This document shows positions 50,601 through 59,033 of a stretch of DNA of 64,000 nt, piece by piece; the first letter of the stretch is position 1; the number at the start of each line of letters is the position of its first letter. Made by a program: the position numbers and the translations under genes. Origin of the DNA: an uncultured virus (IMG/VR IMGVR_UViG_3300025325_000016). Taxonomy: Duplodnaviria; Heunggongvirae; Uroviricota; Caudoviricetes. The stretch lies in IMG/VR virus record IMGVR_UViG_3300025325_000016; one strand, given 5' to 3'. The notes below the pieces were generated by a model, which had not been told where the DNA came from, did no database searches, and saw nothing but the letters and a program-made list of their open reading frames with translations.

Positions 50601-53600
50601 GAAAGGCTTGCTCGGCACCCGTCGCCAGGACGCAGGCACCGTCACTCAGGGCACGGGCAGACTGTCCAGGCACTTTATGAACATGTTTGGCCTGCCGGAG
50701 GGCGGCAAGCGCCAGTCGATCAAGACCGTTCTAGCCAGCGACGTGGGCGCCTCCAAGTCCCGCTATGCCTTCTGGAACGAACTCAAACAGGAAGAGATCT
50801 ACGGTTCGAAGGAACTCTACATGAGCGCCATTCGCACCGAGCTGACCACTCAGGGTATCGAGCCTACTCCAGAAGAGGTAGAAGAGACCTATAAGATGGT
50901 GGCCGGTCTGCCCTCCAAGGTTGGCAAGACACCCAGCTATGTTACCGAGAAGGGCGTTCCCGGCATGGCTGAGCGTTTCCCGGTCGTGGCAGGTGAGGAG
51001 AGCGCCTGGGGCGTGAACTTTATTACACCAGAGCATTTACTCCGTTCCAGGCGTAACGCGCCGGCTGATGCAGCCAGCGGCCTGTCCAATCTAAACTGGA
51101 GGGTGGGAGCTGGCCTGTCGTCTATCATGCAGGGTGACTTCGACCTGGATATGCTGATGGCGCTGATGGGGCTAAAGGCGACCCGAGGCGAGAAGGGCCT
51201 GCAGGTCACGATGGCTGGTTTTGACCGCAGGGGCAAAATAGACCCGGATCTGCAGCGGCAGATAGAGAGAACCAGGAAGGCGTCCTATCCCCAAATTCAG
51301 AGGATGCTCTTTCCGAGCATGGCTATGCAGCGGGAGTTCGACCCGTTCTTTCAGGCATTTACCGACCGTGGCCCTGGAGGCGTGCGGGGCGTCGCTCAAA
51401 GACTATTCCAGAAACAGTTCACCGGTGGGGAACGGGGCGGCACAGGCGCAGGCTGGTACACGCACGAGGGTTTGATTGAGAACCTGAAGAACTATGCAGG
51501 CGCCAAGCTGCAGATGGGCGTGACCTACGACTTCACGAGGGCACTGGAAGCGTCCAGCGAAATAGGTGGCTGGACTACCCCACAGATCATGCAGGCACGG
51601 CGTTCTCGTGCCTCGCTCTACCAGCCGTTCCTGGACGTCTCCACCGGTGTACCCAACCCGATGGTGCACATGTACCAGACCACCGTCCTCAGCGAAGGAG
51701 CTGGTGGAAAATTGGGCATGACCTGGGGCAGGCCGATCGGCAGGGTGGGAGAGAAAGTTGAGTTCCTGCCTGCCGGAGCAACCGAGGGCGAGCTGGCTAC
51801 AAGCAATGCGGTCAGGCTGGTACAGAGGATGCTAGGCACTGCCGTATCACCCTATATACGCAAGGGTAAAGAGGAGCTGGTTTCCCCGAGGGCGCTGGCC
51901 TGGGCATTCTCTCCGGAGGGGGAACGAGCATTCCGGCCAGAGGATCTCACGACCCAGGAGATGGGTGCCCGCCGAGCAGAGCAGGGCAGGCTTTATGACG
52001 AGATGGTGGAAGGCTATACCGGCCCCGGCACTCCAGACCGAGAGGAGCGGCGCAGAGCTTATTACCAGTCCACTTCTCTTGAGGAAGCTATCCAGCGTCC
52101 ATTCGAGACCGAGGGCCTGACGACCGGCGAGAGAGCCGAGGGCATGCGCACCGCTACTGCAGAATGGATCAGGGCCAACTACGAGGATACCAATCGCCGG
52201 GAGGATATCTTCAAGGCGCCGCTCATCCAGGCAATGTTCTCGAAGGGTTATGCCAAGAAGCTGCGGGATGAGCCCGGATGGGAACTGCCTGCCCGGTTTG
52301 CACCGACCGTCGAGGGCCAGGGCCTGGTCGGGCGAGCACAGGTATTCCAGCCGCTCTTCAATATGATGCGTGGGCGCTTGTCTCCTGCAGATGAATCTAT
52401 CAAGCTGATGCGCAACCTGCAGCAGCGGGGGGGAACGCTTGGCAACCTGGGTACCTGGGCGCTCGGCAATGTCCAGAACGTGCTCGGCTTTGGGCGCACC
52501 CGCATGGAGACCGAACTTCCGGCTCTATACGAGGAGGCGATGTCCAGCCCGATCCAGATCCGGGCCAGCAACCTGCCGGGACTGGCCGGGATAGGGCCAA
52601 CTTATGGCACGCAGACTACCACCGGCTTTGTCCCGAAGGAGAAATACGGCGAGCAGGCGCTCAGGACGGCAGGCGCCAATATCCTGTCCCGCACGCTCGG
52701 TATTCCCGGAGCACGTACTTACGATTTCACAGGCGCCATGTTCCCGCCCGGAGAGAGCACGCAGGCCAGCTTTGAAAAGGGCAACGTCATGGAGGCCAGG
52801 CTCGGTGCTGCTATGGGCCAGGAGCAGGGCTGGTTCACGGTCAACCGCTACCAGATCAACCCGGAGACCGGCAAGATGGAGGCCCGAGAAGAGAGCGACC
52901 CGACCCGGCGTTTCCAGGGCGCCTTCGTCTATAAGGGGCAGCTCGGCGGCGAGAAGGTTGAAGTCGGGGCTACTCCTGACTTCTTAAGGATGTATCAGAA
53001 CCAGCAGGGTGAGGATGTAGTCCAGTTCGTCGAGCAGAAAACTCCGGGCGCTGGTAAGACCAGAGCACAGATTGCCAAGGAGAGCATCCCCGGATGGGGC
53101 CTGCAGGCCAAGGTCACTCCCTGGATCGTCCAGCAACTTCGAGGGCAGATCCAGGCCGGTGCCGCAGAGGGCGCAGAACCCGAGGCGGTCGCCGCAGGCC
53201 GGGAAGCCGAAGAGAGTTTGAGATCCTCGATCGGCAGCTATATCCCGGAAAAGCAGCTACAGGAGCGAGCTTATAACGCTCTTATGGCTGGCAGGCAGGA
53301 AAGCCAGGTCTTTGTCACGCAGGCTGGATCGAAGATCGGCGAGGAGATCATGTCGGGTGAAGCTCGCCCGGAGAGAATACAGGCCGAGCTGGAAGAGCAG
53401 GCTAAGCCAGGCTTTTGGGGTAAGGGCAAAGGACAGCAAGTTCTTTACCAGCCCTCGACGACCGGCCAGGATGTCGGCATGCAGGAGATGACGCAGACCA
53501 TCGGCGATGCTACTCGCCGGGTTGCAGCAGCCCGCCCCAAGGTCTTCAGCCAGTTATGGGGGATGGTAGAGGCCGCACCTGGATTCTGGCACCAGCGCAG

Positions 53601-56600
53601 GAAAGAGTATCAAGCTGCTGGTAGGCCTACTGCCGGAGCAACTGCGGCTCTGGATCTCATGCAGCAAGTCAGGCTGCAGATGAAGGCGATCGGTGGCGCC
53701 GCTGAAAGAGAGGTTGCCGCAGGCCAGCCTGCTCAGGTTCTGCCGCAGGCTAACTTCCAGGGCGTGCCTCAATACGTCGAGAAGAAGTACGGGCCAGCCG
53801 CCCGGCGTTACGTCGAGAGTATGCCGACTCCGTTGACGACCAGAGAGTTCGACATGTTTGCAGGGCAGATCAAAGAGTCGATCGTGACCTCCACTCCAGG
53901 AGAGCGCATCCCGCTTGAGCTTGGCCCAGGCACCGACGTGGGTGTCTTCACCGGCTTTGTAGCGGAGACCGCTAAAGGTGCAGGCTATATGACGGACGTC
54001 CAGACCTACAGCGATCTCAGCGGGGCATCGGTCGCCTTTACCCCGATGGGCCCGGAACCCGTAGCGCCAACGCCACCATCAGGCAGGGCATTCGAGCAAG
54101 ACCCTTATTGGAAGAGACTGTCCCGCCAGCACGAGCAGTTAGGTTTGCAGCTCAACCAGCTTCCACCAGAGCAGCGTGGGCCCGTAGTCCAGAGAATGGA
54201 ACAAATCGGCCAGCGCATGCAGCGCAGGGCCGAGAAGGTCACTCAAGGGCCTCAGTACGACCAGCAGATGTTGATGTACCAGACGGCGATGGCCGCCAGA
54301 GCCGCTGGCGTGACCTATTCGACCGTACCGCCTCCTGGTGGTACTGGTGCCGCCGCTCCCGCTCCGGCTGCTGCAGCACAACAAGCGCCAGCCGCTCAGC
54401 CACCCGCTGGTGGACAGCCTCCTGCCGGTACTACGGTTATTCCTCCCGGGCAGGGCGGGGCTGCCGCAGGTGCTGGCGGCACTGGTGGTGGCGGCGCTAC
54501 GACTACGACCATTCCTCCTACTGGAGGAACTGGCGCTGTCAATATATCAGCCCAGGCCGAGGAGTTTATAAAGTTTTATCGGCAGTACCAACCGTACCTT
54601 CAGCAATCTGCTATTGGTGTTCGCGCAGAAATCGGTGCGCCTATTCTAGGCGTAGGTGCCGTCCTGGGCGGCATGGGCACCGACGAGATCAAGCAGAGAC
54701 TTTCCCAATTTTCGTTAGCCGGTGAAGCTGCAGGCCAGCTTAATACAAGGGCAATAGCTATATCCGGTAAATTGGATAAAGTCGATCCACGTGTATTGGC
54801 CGCAGCAGGAATTACCCAGGCCGATCTTGAGAATATGGTCGGCAGGGCTACAAAGACGGATACCTCGCTCGGCGAGGATCTCACCGATCTGATGTCGATG
54901 TTCAAGTACGGCTTCAAGGGCGATAAGCCGGGCGGCAAAGCTGCCAAGCCAGAGATGGAGCCGACCACCGCCCTATATCACTTCGAGAAGCTTGCCAGCG
55001 TCTCAGAAAGGCTTACCAGGAACTTTGAAGACTTAGTTAGCGGGACAACCGATCTCAATAAAGGCACACAGGAAAGAATTAGGCTGGAGGCCGAGGGTAA
55101 GTTTGAGGCAGCCAGGTTCAAGGTCTCCGAAGCCGCTGCTCCTCTGGTCGCTGCCGGTGCACTGGAGGAGGCTGCTCCCGGTGTCTACAGGCGTGCAATG
55201 GGGCCTCTCACTGCACAGGCACAGGCGGCGGCAGGCGGGCCGGAGATGGTAGCCTACCAGCAAGCTCTCCAGGCCCAACAAGACGAATATCTGAGAATGC
55301 AGCAGGCTAACGAACCGCCTGACCAGATGGGTAAGGGTTTAGGCGGAATGATGCGCCGGATGTTCGGCGGCTTCGGCATGATGTACATGCGCTCGATTAC
55401 TAACTTTGCCACCCAGGGCCTGGACATCGGGATGCAGGAGCGCTTGGGACAGGAGGGCGCTTTCTTCCCTGCAGCCGGTCAACTGGCCGGGGTTGGCATT
55501 ATGCCACGCAACCAGACCATCGTCGAGGCGAACCGCCGTGCGCTAATGGGCGGGAACGTGGGTATCTCCGCCCTGACCAACTACCTGCAGACAACTCCGG
55601 GAATATCCGATGTTTACACCGCTGCCACTGGCGGAATGGGTGCATTTGCTTTTGCTTCCTGGGCCGGTGGGATGATGCCCGGAGGCGCTCAATCGGCGCT
55701 CTCGAAAGCTGCTCCAGGAATCGGTATGGCGATCGGGGCAGCCTCCCTTCTAGGCCGTGCCGTTCAGCAATCACAGGATGTAGAAGGATTGGGCTTCCGG
55801 CTGGCTCAGAGAACCGGTGCATGGAACGAGAAGCTCGACCTTACTTCCGGGTGGGCTGCGCTGATGGCAGGGACTGAAAAGGTACAGGCCGTCCAGCAGC
55901 AGTACGCAAATATCCAGGGAGCTATCCAAGGTGGTCTCAGACCGTCTGAGGCTTTCATGGCAGCAGGCGGCATTCAGGGCTTTGGCGCAGCAGGGCCGGG
56001 AACACGTCTTCCTCAGCAGGGCGCAGCACTTGCCACGTCTTATATGCAGACGATGAAGCAGATCCAGGCAGATAATCCGAACCTGACCCCTGAAGCAATC
56101 GCCCAGGCATTCCAGTTCGTCCAGATGAACGACATGCCACTTAACAAGGTGGCAGAGGTAGCCGGAAGAATACAGTCGACCGGCTGGTCTCCTTCCGGGA
56201 TAGCTACTACCCTCAGTGCAGTCGGGGTAGGTCTAGGCAGGCAGTACGGCGGAGCTCAGGAGATGCTCTATGAGCAGGCTCCAACGGCGCTCCAGGCTCT
56301 CTATACCCAGGCTGGCGCACAGGCGCTCTCGACTTTGGGCCCAGGCGTTGGGAGCGTTCTCGGGCAAGCGGTGGGCGTCGAGGGAGCAGCAGCTTATCTT
56401 GGACAGCTAGGTCAGATGGAACCGATGAGGCAGCAAGCTGCCCTATTTGATATCTCTCAGTTTGCTCGCCAGGCCGGTCTTGGGGTGAACGTCAAACCGC
56501 CCGAGATCCAGCTCAACCAGCCAGAGCTCACGGCAGAGGAGCAGTATTTCGAAAGATTGAGGCAGGCAAGAGTAGCTGGCTCGGCGAATGCTGCCGAGCA

Positions 56601-58602
56601 GGTAGGGGATATCCTAAACCGATTCTTCGCGATGCCTCAAGAGCAAGTCCAGGAGCGGCAGCGCGCTTTAGAGGGCAGGCAGGAAGGTGATATCCAGCAG
56701 GAGTTCCAGCGCCTGCAGTCGGCTATCGGTATCAACCAGGTCTATGCCCGCATGGGACAGCCCTGGGGTGCAAATATCACTCGCCTTGAAGCTCTAAATC
56801 CTCAACAACTGGCTATTGAGGGACAGAGGGCCACGACCCAGGAGCAGCTATATACCCAATTCCAGACCTACATGACACCACTGCAGGCCGGGGTTGCCAT
56901 CACGCCGTTCTCCACTCTTACGGATAACCGTGAGGCTCAGCGCAGAATGGAGCAGGCGCTTACCGGTGAGAAGATAGCCGACCTTGGTAAAGAGAGATGG
57001 GGGCTTACTTTCCAGAAGAGAGACCTGCAAGCTCAGCAGTTTACGGATATGTCTGCTCGTGGTCAGCTTGGATACTTCCAGCAGCAGGTATATTCCGGCA
57101 TTGCTCAGATGGAACCTTATGCCCTGACCCAGGGTGTCGCTTACGGCATGCAGATGCCAGGTGGCGGAGAGATCCCCTCCTGGATGTCCACCAGGGACAT
57201 TTGGGGGCCGCAGGGCGGGCCGATGCAGGGCATGCCCATAAACCTGCCGCAGTTCACAATCTCGGGCGCCTCCAACCCGAACTTCCAGTACCTTCAGAAT
57301 ATGCTGCCGCAGGGCACCTTCGCCGGAGGGGCGGGACAGGCTTTTGCTCAGGGCTTCTCGCTCAACGGTCTCCCGGCAATGGCCGGTACGATGGGCATGG
57401 GCCTGTATATGCAGAACCTGCAGAATAAGGCGGCGATAGCCAGCGCCGGGATTGCCAGCCAGGGCAATCAACTGCAGATGGAGTACCTGCCGAAGATTTG
57501 GGGTCTGCAAGACCAGATCCGTGATATAGGGATTGAGCAGACCCGATGGGGCTTTGGTCGCCAGCTTGAGGGTCTGCAGATGCAGCAAGGCCAGTTCTTC
57601 CAAAACATGGGCCTGCAGCAGCAGCAGATGCAGATGCAGCGAGCGTGGACACGCGAGGATTGGGGAGTTCAGGATCGCACCCGCAACATGCAGTGGGGCT
57701 GGAGAGTAGAGGACTTCCAGGAGCAGGCCAGGTTTATGACCGGGCGTGACCGCCGCCTTGCCGAACGGCAGATGGAACGTGAAACCATCATGCACGACAT
57801 CGAAGGCGGTCAGATTGACAAGCAGCGCAAGCGACAGGAGGAGATGTGGGCGCTTGAGGACGAACGCTTCAAGATGCAGAAGAAACAATTCATGGAAAAT
57901 CAGAAGTTTCAAGAGGAGGGCATCAAGAAACAGCGGGAGTTCTTCGAGGCACGCACCAAGCTGGAGATAGAGCTGACCGACCTGCAGCGTGAGCTTCAAA
58001 TGAAACAACTGGAGCTTCAAAAGCAGTCGGTTGCAATCCAGGCTCAGATGGCCGCAGAGTCTAAGAAGGTCAACGATATCCAGGCTGCTATCTCGATCCT
58101 GATGCTGGCTCAGCAGACCGGTTGGGAGGCAATCCAGAAGAACGGGGCCGAGTTCGCCGAAGCATTCGGTCAGAATATCTTAGACTGGATCGATAAACTC
58201 GGTGGAGCTGGCGGCACTGGTGGCGGCGGAGGAGGCGGTGGCGGCGGTGGTGGAGGCGGAGATCCCAACAAGCCGCATATCTTTATCGATGATGGCACCG
58301 GCAGATGCACCCGCTGTGGAAGAAGTGCAAGCGCCAAGATCCACACTGGCTTTGCCGAGGGCGGCAACTACTGGCCCGGGATGGGCGACGTCAAGATCAA
58401 CGAGCGTGTCCCGGAGTTCTTCAAGTCCAGAGAGAGCGGGGAGATCATCCCGCTCGGCAAGCTCGACCCCTGGCAGCAAGCCGTACTGCCTGCTCTAGAC
58501 AAGGGCGAACAGAAGATGATTACCCTGGTGGTGAACGTTGGCGACGAGCGACTGATTAAGCGGATTATCAGGTTTGTGGATAAGGATATAGATGTCCTAT
58601 GA
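47677..58602 (+). CDS. giant tape-measure protein fused to a putative two-barrel RNA polymerase and a PD-(D/E)xK nuclease
   Basis: TMP position after the chaperones. C-terminal third has hydrophobic segments, a Q-rich coiled coil and a GFAEGG...NERVPE tail. N-terminal part has GAKVAISGLK, ERFP and GDFDLD; middle has RAS, GNVME, ATPD and EQK. Confidence 0.75.
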   Translation: MPANFQRPSGNQFGEYLGELLGSDYNVTYIERRTAKGEVDPTTSFFHITQTKAGGQLATNLKINLGQPSDFTTDYGGRMQRGREYAPEILTRKGTSGYVVGGTWESTYVPVLAQGQKRGWKGRIPDYTVQQTLRSPTESLATLIHTGFEETRQEIQQGNRGANVQSKITNLLAEGSGEKADFSVPAGALLMMPQDRLATRRAAARSIQMVDVYNTGSGIPELEQRSRIQESRIRAIETYESLRPTATGEPEITQLFKQAGYGPDRDNVSRMVPYFQASRNVINAITGVSETQGYLPSEKAAKHRTILETGRQTVSLLGPGMEEIQPTAIPYRGSTSGYRTTTADVGGRIPERSLVLGTLFSPQYPVPGAGMYFPETTGLNVKSAGYFKQPSYPLTENVSDLISGKTAIKLGQETGAEVPSNVKFTYARIKTSQSEDFIDLQERMGSSSFTVGEQQLRIPKYYNKTTGLGAEYDEARIASKELREVTPKDVQELTRRMGGVPIVMDETIDRVFLEQSGFSKVGAKVAISGLKSDIVPYAGSPSFKVAEAGVGERELPVSMLTWETKSMAETMITSLGAMPARSQMEMLNAYARSLRQSEAAAKDAEQARILGAQAEGVKLFMGEVKAARAQDPNARMDIDQLAGGYLQMPAHEVGRDILQRVLLGGRTVEQFGQMTEPELEEFAASKENRRNLIRYGMGYVSSQMTEPITTMWDESQVGVMRESYVTAAMDKEGAASMGISRMRSRKAAEASFYQTYGFDPVNVVEGKRAQTFRPKGFYMPVVAGPVAEFPGGGVLGAEELALVNRLSPGFANRLGVSLTDITSGGALARSLQQNDANFRIRNPARWAQAQAASLAMIETARGTARIDLPESTTITGQAAQRMLDDPEMQKVLGREGANLAGLGRFKELLPTYFPDVKPEDVLRRPIQFEPAKGHYIPSPEAISTMATEDVATMTEQQRTGEDVTRTWDMYQQAFQKGLLGTRRQDAGTVTQGTGRLSRHFMNMFGLPEGGKRQSIKTVLASDVGASKSRYAFWNELKQEEIYGSKELYMSAIRTELTTQGIEPTPEEVEETYKMVAGLPSKVGKTPSYVTEKGVPGMAERFPVVAGEESAWGVNFITPEHLLRSRRNAPADAASGLSNLNWRVGAGLSSIMQGDFDLDMLMALMGLKATRGEKGLQVTMAGFDRRGKIDPDLQRQIERTRKASYPQIQRMLFPSMAMQREFDPFFQAFTDRGPGGVRGVAQRLFQKQFTGGERGGTGAGWYTHEGLIENLKNYAGAKLQMGVTYDFTRALEASSEIGGWTTPQIMQARRSRASLYQPFLDVSTGVPNPMVHMYQTTVLSEGAGGKLGMTWGRPIGRVGEKVEFLPAGATEGELATSNAVRLVQRMLGTAVSPYIRKGKEELVSPRALAWAFSPEGERAFRPEDLTTQEMGARRAEQGRLYDEMVEGYTGPGTPDREERRRAYYQSTSLEEAIQRPFETEGLTTGERAEGMRTATAEWIRANYEDTNRREDIFKAPLIQAMFSKGYAKKLRDEPGWELPARFAPTVEGQGLVGRAQVFQPLFNMMRGRLSPADESIKLMRNLQQRGGTLGNLGTWALGNVQNVLGFGRTRMETELPALYEEAMSSPIQIRASNLPGLAGIGPTYGTQTTTGFVPKEKYGEQALRTAGANILSRTLGIPGARTYDFTGAMFPPGESTQASFEKGNVMEARLGAAMGQEQGWFTVNRYQINPETGKMEAREESDPTRRFQGAFVYKGQLGGEKVEVGATPDFLRMYQNQQGEDVVQFVEQKTPGAGKTRAQIAKESIPGWGLQAKVTPWIVQQLRGQIQAGAAEGAEPEAVAAGREAEESLRSSIGSYIPEKQLQERAYNALMAGRQESQVFVTQAGSKIGEEIMSGEARPERIQAELEEQAKPGFWGKGKGQQVLYQPSTTGQDVGMQEMTQTIGDATRRVAAARPKVFSQLWGMVEAAPGFWHQRRKEYQAAGRPTAGATAALDLMQQVRLQMKAIGGAAEREVAAGQPAQVLPQANFQGVPQYVEKKYGPAARRYVESMPTPLTTREFDMFAGQIKESIVTSTPGERIPLELGPGTDVGVFTGFVAETAKGAGYMTDVQTYSDLSGASVAFTPMGPEPVAPTPPSGRAFEQDPYWKRLSRQHEQLGLQLNQLPPEQRGPVVQRMEQIGQRMQRRAEKVTQGPQYDQQMLMYQTAMAARAAGVTYSTVPPPGGTGAAAPAPAAAAQQAPAAQPPAGGQPPAGTTVIPPGQGGAAAGAGGTGGGGATTTTIPPTGGTGAVNISAQAEEFIKFYRQYQPYLQQSAIGVRAEIGAPILGVGAVLGGMGTDEIKQRLSQFSLAGEAAGQLNTRAIAISGKLDKVDPRVLAAAGITQADLENMVGRATKTDTSLGEDLTDLMSMFKYGFKGDKPGGKAAKPEMEPTTALYHFEKLASVSERLTRNFEDLVSGTTDLNKGTQERIRLEAEGKFEAARFKVSEAAAPLVAAGALEEAAPGVYRRAMGPLTAQAQAAAGGPEMVAYQQALQAQQDEYLRMQQANEPPDQMGKGLGGMMRRMFGGFGMMYMRSITNFATQGLDIGMQERLGQEGAFFPAAGQLAGVGIMPRNQTIVEANRRALMGGNVGISALTNYLQTTPGISDVYTAATGGMGAFAFASWAGGMMPGGAQSALSKAAPGIGMAIGAASLLGRAVQQSQDVEGLGFRLAQRTGAWNEKLDLTSGWAALMAGTEKVQAVQQQYANIQGAIQGGLRPSEAFMAAGGIQGFGAAGPGTRLPQQGAALATSYMQTMKQIQADNPNLTPEAIAQAFQFVQMNDMPLNKVAEVAGRIQSTGWSPSGIATTLSAVGVGLGRQYGGAQEMLYEQAPTALQALYTQAGAQALSTLGPGVGSVLGQAVGVEGAAAYLGQLGQMEPMRQQAALFDISQFARQAGLGVNVKPPEIQLNQPELTAEEQYFERLRQARVAGSANAAEQVGDILNRFFAMPQEQVQERQRALEGRQEGDIQQEFQRLQSAIGINQVYARMGQPWGANITRLEALNPQQLAIEGQRATTQEQLYTQFQTYMTPLQAGVAITPFSTLTDNREAQRRMEQALTGEKIADLGKERWGLTFQKRDLQAQQFTDMSARGQLGYFQQQVYSGIAQMEPYALTQGVAYGMQMPGGGEIPSWMSTRDIWGPQGGPMQGMPINLPQFTISGASNPNFQYLQNMLPQGTFAGGAGQAFAQGFSLNGLPAMAGTMGMGLYMQNLQNKAAIASAGIASQGNQLQMEYLPKIWGLQDQIRDIGIEQTRWGFGRQLEGLQMQQGQFFQNMGLQQQQMQMQRAWTREDWGVQDRTRNMQWGWRVEDFQEQARFMTGRDRRLAERQMERETIMHDIEGGQIDKQRKRQEEMWALEDERFKMQKKQFMENQKFQEEGIKKQREFFEARTKLEIELTDLQRELQMKQLELQKQSVAIQAQMAAESKKVNDIQAAISILMLAQQTGWEAIQKNGAEFAEAFGQNILDWIDKLGGAGGTGGGGGGGGGGGGGGDPNKPHIFIDDGTGRCTRCGRSASAKIHTGFAEGGNYWPGMGDVKINERVPEFFKSRESGEIIPLGKLDPWQQAVLPALDKGEQKMITLVVNVGDERLIKRIIRFVDKDIDVL
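49456..49470. repeat. dispersed palindrome copy CTCAGAC-A-GTCTGAG
   Basis: Read directly; inside the giant ORF. Confidence 0.95.
55936..55950. repeat. dispersed palindrome copy CTCAGAC-C-GTCTGAG
   Basis: Read directly; inside the giant ORF. Confidence 0.95.
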
Positions 58603-59033
58603 CCACCAATAAGTATATTACCCTGCAAGACTCGACGGGTTCGGGTGCCCGGTTCGGCGTGGTACAGGGATACTTCAAACGAACCAAGAAGCGCAACCAG
58701 GATGTCCGGGACACTTTAGGCGGAGGCGTGGACGTTTCCCAGGGCGGAATCGTCGAGATCCACCAGTACGTGATCCGCTGCCGGGACGATGAACCTCGTG
58801 AGAATTACGGCGACTATGCCGAATTGGAACGGCTGTGGATGCTGAATAATCCCAACGGCACACCCTCGGACAAGATCACCTTTATCGACCACTACGGGGA
58901 GAGTCATACGGTTATCTTTCTGGACACCTTCGATCCGAATGCCTTGACGACTATTATCGAGGGCGAGGGAGCCTGGTTCTTCGTCCCGGTCGTGTTTAGA
59001 TTTCTACCAGTGGAAGAGCCTGGGCCATCATGA
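58599..59033 (+). CDS. distal tail (Dit-like) protein
   Basis: 144 aa, directly after the TMP. Confidence 0.55.
   Translation: MTTNKYITLQDSTGSGARFGVVQGYFKRTKKRNQDVRDTLGGGVDVSQGGIVEIHQYVIRCRDDEPRENYGDYAELERLWMLNNPNGTPSDKITFIDHYGESHTVIFLDTFDPNALTTIIEGEGAWFFVPVVFRFLPVEEPGPS

Noticed and set aside
54330..54530. Low-complexity Pro/Ala/Gly repeat as a DNA repeat element
   Set aside because: Codons vary; it is a protein linker between the cargo and TMP portions.
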